Source: Azolla caroliniana (lineage: Eukaryota; Plantae; Polypodiophyta). From it: a DNA stretch of 64,000 nucleotides. Below, in pieces: positions 36,836 to 45,951 of this stretch. Location: assembly GCA_043228905.1 (NCBI GenBank), contig JBHGNT010000002.1, forward strand, positions 20,894,001 through 20,958,000. Direction: 5' to 3'. Positions within the stretch are counted from its first letter, which is position 1, and each line of letters opens with the position of its first letter. The position numbers and the translations under genes were made by a program. Below the pieces are notes generated by a model that had not been told where the DNA came from, did not search any database, and worked only from the letters and a program-made list of their open reading frames with translations.

Positions 36836-37194
36836 GAACACGTTCGCGTTCACAAGTGGAAGGATCGCGCATAAATGGAAGGAGAAGGGAAATTTTAGGG
36901 GTTTTTCAATGATTTTACAAAACACATTGATACCAGTATCATACAAGTTCAAACATACTATGAAAAAGGTTAAAAATCCACTATTTTCGTGATTTAGAAG
37001 TAACTAAAAAAAGACGAATTTCAAAAACATACATTCTCAATTTATATCACAAACTTTACAACCAATGTTATTTTATAAGAAACGATTTTTGGGAAATCAT
37101 AAGAATTCAAAACACATGATTTTATATTACTCGATTTGTTACAAGCGGAATGTAGTTACACTTAATAGCCAAATATACATTCATGATCACTCCT

Positions 37195-39975
37195 TTACGG
37201 AGAATCACTACTATAACTAATATACAATGACGATTCCTCCTCATCATCCTTGGATGTACCAATCAGTGCATTATCTTCGTCATAAACCAAATGGTTTGAC
37301 TCTAGATTATATGTAGCAGATCTCGTTTGCCTTTGACTCGAGCCACCTTGTAGACCTGGTAATTTTTCTTTTATTATATCTATTGTTGACTTCCTTAATC
37401 GTCCGGCTTTTGTAAGTGTGAAGTCGTACACGATGATATCCACATCAGAGATATCAAGGGTCGAGGTGTTACGAATGTTTCGCTTCCTCTTCCTACCTCC
37501 CCTTCTTGTTTGGCATTCAATCATCTCCAATGTATACTTACCTGTAAAAGCATTTGCACTTCTAGTGTTGTACCAATGAACATTTATAGACTTGATCGTG
37601 TTATCTATTTCATGCATTAGCACTTCTAGAATTTTACCAACCCAAAATTGGTGGCCATGTGAGTTCTCATCAGCCGGCGTTGCAATCAACATCCCCGCGG
37701 TGAGCTCTTGCAAATTTCCTTGCCATCTAGCTTCGGCTGCTTTGGTCATCCTTGGTCCCACATAAATGTCTCTTTGTTGTGGATGGACCAAGCTGTCATT
37801 AATCGCATTTACTAGTCGCTCCGGACTTCTATTTACGCGATCATGTTGCAGCGACCATGTGAATGGCGTTTCCAAATTCCAATTATCAACAGATACACAA
37901 TTGTCTATAATTTCTTTCTGATCACTATAAAATACATCCCACCACAACGTGTCTTGTTGTGCGGCATATTTCTTGGCGGCCTCAATATGTTTTCTTTTTT
38001 CTTCTAAGGCTTGGAGCCATGACCGTTTTTGTTCTAATACCAAGTCGCTCTGCAACTGTCCTTTCTTCTCAATTGGCATTTGCTTAGCTCCATGGACAAT
38101 TGTACTCGGCATACAAAGTAATAACTGGCAACCACCTTCAGGTTCCCATGTTGTAGAAGATGAATATTGTTTAGCATACAAAAGTGTAGAACCACTTATT
38201 CCATTTTTCTTTATCAAAAAAATGTGATTGAAACTTATATTGTTTAACTGAGCAAGCACTTTAACATTCCCACCACCCCCATCTAATATATATCTCTTAA
38301 AGTCATATACCTCCTTCAAGTGTAACACTTTTGGGCGTGGTGTATATGCATCACAAATGACATCAAATAGTTTAGGTAAAGTGAAAGCATCATGCCGAGA
38401 CAACTGTCTGGAGAATGTGCTAAACATCTGATCTATATGGTCATGTGTGTGGCCAACCAAAAGGAAATTGACTTTCACTTTCCTAAACAATTCTAGGTTG
38501 ACCAACATACTTAGATAGCCAAATACAGTTGAATTTTTGTTCTCTCTAGCAGTATTGTCCAATTGAATGTATAGAACAGGGGGGAAAGGTTGTCCCCAAG
38601 ACATCAAAACTCGGTGAATCACTGTAACTGTTAGGTTAGGGTCATTGTGAACATTGGGGTAAGTAATGAAGACGTGAGGTCGAACAGACCTATTATAAGC
38701 CAAGCATCCCACCAAGTGCATTTGAACAAGGCACTCATCATTGACATCTTTGGGGAGCCTCCGCATATGCGGCAAGCATGTCTTCTTCTGGTCCATGCCA
38801 TCTATCATTAAGCACATGTATTGTTCAGGCCTCTTCAAACACTTCTCTCTATGATGCATCGCCTTCCTTCGTTCTAAGGATTGTGCCTCACGATGCTCTT
38901 GTAGTAACTTCTTACTCGTATCCTTTTCCATTGATGTCTTTGCACCTTTAGCCAAACTTTTAAGATTTGCACAAATGGAGCAATAACCCATACGTACTTT
39001 ACGAGGAATAATAACATTTGAAAACCGAGCTCTCCATAATCTTGTGAATTGGCTATAGGTGATAGACTTATTACGTGAGCCCAGCATTTCAGATCGATAG
39101 ACATCATAAACTTCCCGACGGGTATAATTATCAGAAAGATGCATCCTACCTGTAGTGGGCATTACTTCACAATTTAACTGAAAGTAAGTTTTCATCCAGC
39201 CAATAGCTAGTCTTCCAATTGCACCTTTCATACTTGGAACCTCTTTACAATTGAGCATCTGATCCCCGCTAAGTAGACGTTGTTGTACTCTATGTAGCCG
39301 CATGTTACTAACACATAACACAATTTTGAATGCAACTCTACATATCTGTTGCGCATGGAAGATATAATACTCGAATGATACTTTGATCCCCGTACATTTG
39401 TCAGATACTAGTTGCATATGTGATCCGAGGTAAGTGTCTTGCTCATCACCGGTCATCGAAAAATAGTATCGCCTTAATTCTCGCAACTTTGATTTTCCAA
39501 TCATAGACATACAACCACGGGCACAACATATTTTGTTGACATCAAATCCAATCTGTTTATCTGATGTCACCAAGCTAAATCTAGCCAGACGAATTCTTCG
39601 TGGGATTCTTCTAATATGCATAGGGCTCCCAGATTTCTCTTCCTGCATAGAGGTTGGTGTAACCTTGTTACAGTCTAATTCTCTGTTCTGACCATCGCCA
39701 ATGTTATTCAATGTTTCCTGGGCACTTCCTTCATTCCCGGTATCTTTATTAATATCGTATTCTTCAATAGAGAACTCTTCACATGTGTCATTATTTGCAT
39801 TCCCTGTAGATGAGCTCAGACAATATTCTTCGATAGAATATGGTGAGTCGGTCGAAAGACAATATTCTTCAATCGAATATGGTGACTCTGTTGACAAACA
39901 ATACTCTTCAGTAGAAAACGATGGGTCTGATGACAAACAATATTCTTCAATCGAGAACGGTGAATCTTCACTCAT
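37195..39975 (-). CDS. Putative transposase, Sola-like / DUF7869-like RNase H-fold DDD nuclease, 926 aa
   Basis: Intact ORF between TIRs. CCARGC, ICRVAFKIVLCVSNMRL and CSIC...H zinc-type motifs; candidate triad IDGMDQ / QLDNTARENKN / LVGHTHDHIDQMFS. Confidence 0.8.
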   Translation of the reverse strand: MSEDSPFSIEEYCLSSDPSFSTEEYCLSTESPYSIEEYCLSTDSPYSIEEYCLSSSTGNANNDTCEEFSIEEYDINKDTGNEGSAQETLNNIGDGQNRELDCNKVTPTSMQEEKSGSPMHIRRIPRRIRLARFSLVTSDKQIGFDVNKICCARGCMSMIGKSKLRELRRYYFSMTGDEQDTYLGSHMQLVSDKCTGIKVSFEYYIFHAQQICRVAFKIVLCVSNMRLHRVQQRLLSGDQMLNCKEVPSMKGAIGRLAIGWMKTYFQLNCEVMPTTGRMHLSDNYTRREVYDVYRSEMLGSRNKSITYSQFTRLWRARFSNVIIPRKVRMGYCSICANLKSLAKGAKTSMEKDTSKKLLQEHREAQSLERRKAMHHREKCLKRPEQYMCLMIDGMDQKKTCLPHMRRLPKDVNDECLVQMHLVGCLAYNRSVRPHVFITYPNVHNDPNLTVTVIHRVLMSWGQPFPPVLYIQLDNTARENKNSTVFGYLSMLVNLELFRKVKVNFLLVGHTHDHIDQMFSTFSRQLSRHDAFTLPKLFDVICDAYTPRPKVLHLKEVYDFKRYILDGGGGNVKVLAQLNNISFNHIFLIKKNGISGSTLLYAKQYSSSTTWEPEGGCQLLLCMPSTIVHGAKQMPIEKKGQLQSDLVLEQKRSWLQALEEKRKHIEAAKKYAAQQDTLWWDVFYSDQKEIIDNCVSVDNWNLETPFTWSLQHDRVNRSPERLVNAINDSLVHPQQRDIYVGPRMTKAAEARWQGNLQELTAGMLIATPADENSHGHQFWVGKILEVLMHEIDNTIKSINVHWYNTRSANAFTGKYTLEMIECQTRRGGRKRKRNIRNTSTLDISDVDIIVYDFTLTKAGRLRKSTIDIIKEKLPGLQGGSSQRQTRSATYNLESNHLVYDEDNALIGTSKDDEEESSLYISYSSDSP

Positions 39976-40647
39976 GGCTTAAGGTCTAGATAGGGCTCTC
40001 TAAGTTATACTCCTCTCTAACCATATACTCCTCCCTAAACATAAACTTCTCTCTAAACAAAAGCCAAATCAATAGAATGTCTATATTATGTAATATTCTA
40101 TAAAAATACAATACATCTAAAAATTATTTTTAATAAAGTAATTTAACGTAAATTATCAATCATTATATAACTAGATCTAAATGATGTTAAATCAAGTAAA
40201 ATATAAAACTAATCATTAACAAGCCTTGAATATGTTGGATTAATGTTAAAATCATTGGCTAATTAATGACACCCATTTTGATATAGAACGTCTCACTCAT
40301 TGATTCTTTAAGGCTCACCATTTTAAATATTAGACTTATCAATCATTGGTTAATTCATGCCCACATCTTTAATACATAACTATTGAGAGTCATAAAAAAT
40401 TTTGCTTTTAGTAATCAATCATTGGTACATTCATGAACCTCTATCATTGTCTCCTTCATAACCTTTGAAGTGATTGTAGGTTGTTATGAGTATAAAAGAT
40501 TGATCAATATATTAGTTTGACTTTGTAATCATTAATACAATCATAAGTTACTATAGTTAATGTGACTATGGTTACAAACTAACTATCCTCAAAGTTACCA
40601 ACATTGGTTAAGATGACTATGGTTACTTTAACCATGGGTTCAATCCC

Positions 40648-40655
40648 TATAAATA
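40648..40655 (+). promoter_or_regulatory. Probable TATA box of the ParB-MTase gene
   Basis: TATAAATA about 135 bp upstream of ATG 40789, followed by a 9-bp CAGAGCnnA repeat leader. Confidence 0.5.
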
Positions 40656-40788
40656 GGAAGACCTCATCATATTTCACTCACCAGAGCGTACAGAGCGTAC
40701 AGAGCACTCAGAGCATACAGAGCACACAGAGCACTCAAGGCACAAAGCACGAAAGCGCGATCTCCGCCTCCACACAACACAATCAACC

Positions 40789-43700
40789 ATGTCTTCCAAG
40801 AGAGTCGAGCGCGAGGAGTCCAGGTAGGCCTCTGACACTGTGGACAATTTTGTAAATATGTTTCGTTTCCCAAGAACTCGATACGGCGTATCGAGTTCAT
40901 GTATACAATACAAATATTTATACACGAACTCGATACGGCGTATCGAGTTCGTGTGTAAATATTTGTATTGTATACATGAACTCGATACGCCGTATCGAGT
41001 TCGTGTTTAAAGTATAGGTTTTAAACATGAACTCGATACGCCGTATCGAGTTCGTGTTCATAGTGTAGGTTTTAAACACGAACTCGATACGCCGTATCGA
41101 GTTCGTGTTTAAAGTGTAGGTTTTAAACACGAACTCGATACGGCGTATCGAGTTCCTGTTTAAAACATAGGTTTTAAACACGAACTCGATACGCCGTATC
41201 GAGTTCGTGTTTAAAGTTTGAATTTTAAACACGAACTCGATACGCCGTATCGAGTTCGTGTTTAAAGTGTAGCCTTTGAGAGAGAAAAATTGTTTACGGG
41301 GTGGAAATGTTATCAAATTGTCTGTCAAAATCAGTCTTTTTATGTTGAGTTTACTTACTTCTAAACAAATACAAGCTCTAATTATAGGTGTTTTTTGACC
41401 TACTTTAGCTTTAAATAGTAGAAAATGATCTACAAATTGCATTCACTATGGCAAATTCTCATCAATATAGGTTTAGAATCTATATAAGTCATATCTACTA
41501 TTTAAAAGAATATATAACCCGTTTTACTTATTACGATATATATTTTCTAGGTTGAGTAGCCCTGCCTAGAATAGATTTTTGAATATGTTACTGCTCCTAG
41601 AAACTGTTCTTCATTATAATAACAACTTCAATCTACGTAACTGTCTAACTTATGTTTTTGCATATACTTTCTTAAATAGGTCGTTTGAGAATCTGTCAGA
41701 CCGACCCGTGAAGAAAATTAAGCTTCGCATACAAGGTTCTCCAATCGAAGCCCAGACCAAGGTAACTCCGGAGACCATAAAGAGAGGAAAAAAGCTTCTA
41801 TTTAACGAAGAGACAAAATCTCAGCCCCATAGTGATGTAAGCCAAAAGAAAATTGTCGCCGCTACTGGAGGCGAAGACCTTCCTGACCGAGATCTAACGG
41901 ACAAGGAATGGTGTATGCAATATGTCGACTCAAAGAAAAAAGTCGTATTGTATACAGCAAAGAAGAAGGGTGAGGGGCAGCTAGGAAAAGAAACTCCATT
42001 TATGTATGGCCGAATTCTACGATTTGACTACGAAGATGCAGATTCGGCCAACATACTGGTAATGATAGAGTGCTCCAAGGGGGTACGCAAAGTGTTCCTT
42101 TCAGAAGACCTTTTAGTAAAGGAATCTTGTGGGCCTGAAGTGTTCAAAAAAGCACTTGATAACTCACAAAACCTGATTGTTACCTTGAGGCCTTATATAC
42201 AAGGCCATGTAACTCTACGAGATGAAGAGCCCTCCCACTTGAAGGCCACTAAAAAGGTATCCAAAGTCCAGTCAAGACCAGCCAAGAAGAAGACAACGAA
42301 AATGTCGGATACGGATTCGACAAGTGACAATGAAGAAGAGGATAATAAGGGGACGCCAGGAGCCGAGCTGGCCTCGGGTGTTTTGTCATCCGAGCAGAAT
42401 AAAATAAGAAGAGAGTTAATGCAACGGAAGCTGGTCAGGAAAGGGCAAGTATTTAATTTGCCTATAACACACATCCATCGGCCCCCTATTGATGAAAAAA
42501 CAGGTCGAAGACCACTTGAGATTAGAGAGCCTCATCGCATGCATGTTCAAAATCTCAAGAAGAAAATGAAAATTAATCCTCATGCCACAGTGGTGCCTTT
42601 TATTGTTATGGTGGATCCTGAAGAATGTGAAACCATTGAAGATTTTGATATCAGAAAGCATGATCAATATAATTATTTTGTCATTGGTGGATCGCATTCA
42701 GCAGAGGCACGTCGACAACTTGTCAGAGAACATCCAACCACTTTCTTCTTCAAGTATGCCGAGTGCAAAATATATGTTGGGCTCACAACCGAAGAGGCTA
42801 AGCTGTTGGCATGGGACCATAATAATGATAATGACTATAGGCAGAAAATGTCGTCTATTGAGCGTATCCGGTTCTTCCACCACGAGTATTTAGATGTGAA
42901 ACAAAAGTTTGGTGTGAAGTTACATCCAGGCCTTCGACGTCAATGTCTGCATGAAGTCGGCATTGTGGTAGATGATAATGTTAGGTCCGATGGTCTTCGA
43001 AAGTATGAATCTTGGTTTCAATTGGCGTTTAGAGATGGAGAAGTATGGGACCTCCAAGATCAAATCTTCTCAATGTGGGAGAATAAGGAGGTAAAGGGTC
43101 AACGACAAAAGAAATGTAGGGTTGACCCTCAACTAGAATTAAAGTCACAAGCCGCCAAGAGAATTGACTTGACAATTGAAGAAGCGGCAGACGACATGAA
43201 GCTGTCTCTATGGAGAGCGATGCAAGGTATTAAGGACGAGCAGCTTCTTGTGTCCGTTTTGTCAAGGGTTGTGGCGAAAGATTTAAGCCTTGAAGAAATG
43301 GTCACCGAGTTCAATAAGTAAGTCTTTCAAATACTGAAATTGTAGTCTATCTGGTGTAATTCAAAGTTCTAATCTTGATTTCTAATTTTACAGTCATAAG
43401 GTGTACATGAAGATCCAAGAAGTAATGATGAAACAACTTGGATGTATAACTTGGGAACAAGTGACCGAGGATTATCCTCTAACGTCTTCGTATAAGGCGT
43501 TATCAGAGTATTTTATTGCATTCAAGGATTGGGTTAGTATTGATATTTTTTCATTACCCTTTCATCATATGTAGAGGTTGCGTAATAATACCTGATGTCC
43601 TATTGCTTCTATTAGAAACCGTGTCGAGGCAAGAAACAAGGAGAAGTTAAGGATATACACGATTTCCCTACATCCTTCCTTGCACATCTCGAGCGAGCCA

Positions 43701-44903
43701 GAAAAGAAAAGGATCGTCGCTTAGTCAAGGCGTACGAAATGGAGGAAGATGGCTCGTTTAAAAAATTTAGCCACAAGAAAGATATTACGAGAGATCTTTA
43801 CTACAATGTGGTTTGCGGTGATGTCATCGACTTGATCCAGAAGGTGCCAAAGAAGGAATATACGCTAATGATTGCGGATATTCCTTACGGATTTCGAATG
43901 GCTGGGTCATCATACGACGATGAACCGTTTAGGTTTAAACAATTGGAGAAGATGGTCAAGGATTTCGCTGAGCTAACGACCGCATCCTTGTGGCGAATAG
44001 TTGTCTTTCATAGTATGGACCAAGGGTACTTGGTAGCTCAAGCTTTGAGATCTCGTTGCCATGGCATCGAGAACCTTGCATGGTAAGGATTATTTATAGG
44101 TGTCTTTCATTATATTGCAATTCTTAAGGTTGTTGAATCTATTTTTAACTCGATGAACTATTTTTTATAGGATCAAGACCAATGTAAATAGAGGGCCAAC
44201 TTTTCGGTTCGTTAATGCCATTGAATACATAACGGTTGGCTACTTCGATGAAATTAAAAAACAGAGAATCAAAGAGCATTCTAATGAAGTGGGAGGTTCA
44301 AATCTGTTGGTATATCCAGCAGTGACTCGGAAATTGCGACATGTCACCACGACAGAACGGGGACTTGTCAACCCATACCAAAAACCTCAACGACTTATGA
44401 TGCGCTTAATCGAGATGTTTTCTGTCGAAGGAGACTGGATATTAGATCTCTTTTCTGGCACAGGTATTCCTCGAACTAGGGTAACGATCTTGAGATAACC
44501 AATCACTTTTTTCGTTTGACAACTAAATCTTCTTGTTACTTACATCATAGGAACTACGTCAGCATGTGCATTGAAGCTGTTTAGGAATACAGTTGCATTG
44601 GAGAAGGACGAGGACCAAGTTATATTTATTAATATGCGGATTAAGGCTTTGTGGGAGTGCCCAGACCAGGATGAGGAGGTCGGTGCAAAGAACCTCGCCA
44701 ATACAGAAAGGTTTCAACCCGCTTCGCGAGAGCCTATTCCTCCGTTAGCCGGCGAACCGGGAGAGCTAATAGAGCTTGATGATGAGCTTATAGAAGATAT
44801 TTCGTTGGCCCGGCTAACAGGGGAAACCAATGCACGTATAGCCGAAGACAGTTCTACACAAGATGATGAAGAAAATGACGTAGATGAATTGATTGCTATG
44901 TAA
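40789..44903 (+). CDS. Spliced gene: ParB/Srx-like domain + beta-class amino (N6A/N4C) DNA methyltransferase, predicted 974 aa
   Basis: Exons 40789-40823, 41680-43317, 43394-43532, 43616-44082, 44171-44463, 44551-44903. All introns are GT-AG, phases match, and the 2925 nt are open. Motifs: PFIVMV...YFVIGGSHSAEARRQL...HN (ParB); CGDVIDLI, LMIADIPYG (IV), AWIKTN...EYI, PYQKP..LM.RLI, WILDLFSGTGTT (I), ALEKD. Exon 1 is the least certain. Confidence 0.88.
40874..41266. repeat. Tandem array of 8 palindromes, period 51-52 bp
   Basis: Core GAACTCGATACG[C/G]CGTATCGAGTTC starting at 40874, 40926, 40978, 41029, 41080, 41131, 41182 and 41233. Confidence 0.97.
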
Positions 44904-45951
44904 TAGACTCTATAAAGAATATGACACTGACGATTTGTTAAGATTTCACATTATTAATACAAATTTTGGGTTTTACCTAGTGGATTCTATTCTTTATAAT
45001 CATCTATATGTTTCAATTTTATTTTTATATACCTCATTAGTAGATTTATGATATTGGTTTCACCGCGTGCATAGCTGACTACCAAACTTATGGAGAAACA
45101 TGAACTAGCTTAAATGGAGGCTGATTTTGGTCCAAGCTAACCTTAACAGAACATGGCCCTATAATTATTGCCATGACTGTCCATGTTGTGATTATGGATC
45201 TTTGTCTTATATTGTTAAAACAGGTCTAGTTTCTATTCCATTGCTGCTTAGATTGTGTAGTGTGTTGATAATGGTTCCAGTTGCGTTATCGTTCGGAGTT
45301 TGATCTTGTGTGAATCACCTAAGCAATAGAGTAGATCAATTTTAAATATAGGTATGAAAGCCTAATAGGTTTGTTATTTCCACGACATTATCCTAAAGTT
45401 CACTGCCTTACATTGTGCACAATTATATACACATATGGTTTGATCCCATATGAACAAACTGAGGAATAGATTAGATCAACTTTTAATATAAGTATTGAAT
45501 ACTTTAATAAGTTAGTTATTCCAATCACTTATCCTAATGTGCACTATCCTACATTTTCGACAATTACATACATGCACGTATGGGTCAAAGTATAAATTAT
45601 ATCTCATTTTATTAGTATGGATACAAGTACACCTCATAATTTTGTAAAACCTACCTAATTAATATAAGTCTTTAAGTTAGTGTTTCCCTTGTCGCACAAT
45701 AGTGCCATATTGAGCCATAGTTGAACTTTATTTAGATACATTAACTTATCAACATGTCTAAACTTGCATGATTTCTAATGATCTCCACTCGTAGATCTAT
45801 CATGTATTTTTATATTTGCAAATTCTTATCAAGTTGAGGAACATGTGATACTAGTGCATCCAATTATTGTAGAGAGGGTGTATTTGCTTCGTTTTAAGAA
45901 GATTCTACAAGTGGAATGCGCAATCCTTCCACTTGTGAACGCGAACGTGTT

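Larger units (their letters stand above)
36836..45951. mobile_element. 9.1-kb TIR DNA transposon (Sola-like DDD transposase) with ParB-methyltransferase cargo gene
   Basis: 36-bp TIRs 36837-36872 (AACACGTTCGCGTTCACAAGTGGAAGGATCGCGCAT) and 45916-45951, 1 mismatch. Splits G's gag-PR cleanly within a T-run. Two intact divergent genes. Confidence 0.93.

Noticed and set aside
40874-41266. CRISPR array
   Set aside because: The sequences between palindromes are related to one another (only ~8 variable nt), there are no cas genes, and the context is a eukaryotic intron.
40918-41442. 174-aa repeat ORF (TLNTNSIRRIEFVFK)n on the minus strand
   Set aside because: It is a by-product of the 51-bp period (a multiple of 3) of the palindrome array.
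41579-41679. TTG start and N-terminus of the 580-aa ORF
   Set aside because: AT-rich intron-like sequence with branch point CTAAC and acceptor AG at 41678-41679; better explained as the end of intron 1.
36836-45951. Bacterial contaminant or prophage R-M locus; Helitron/Helentron; CACTA
   Set aside because: Spliceosomal introns and clean nesting in a plant retroelement argue against contamination. There are no HUH Rep/helicase motifs. The ends are not CACTA/CACTG and the transposase lacks recognisable CACTA motifs.
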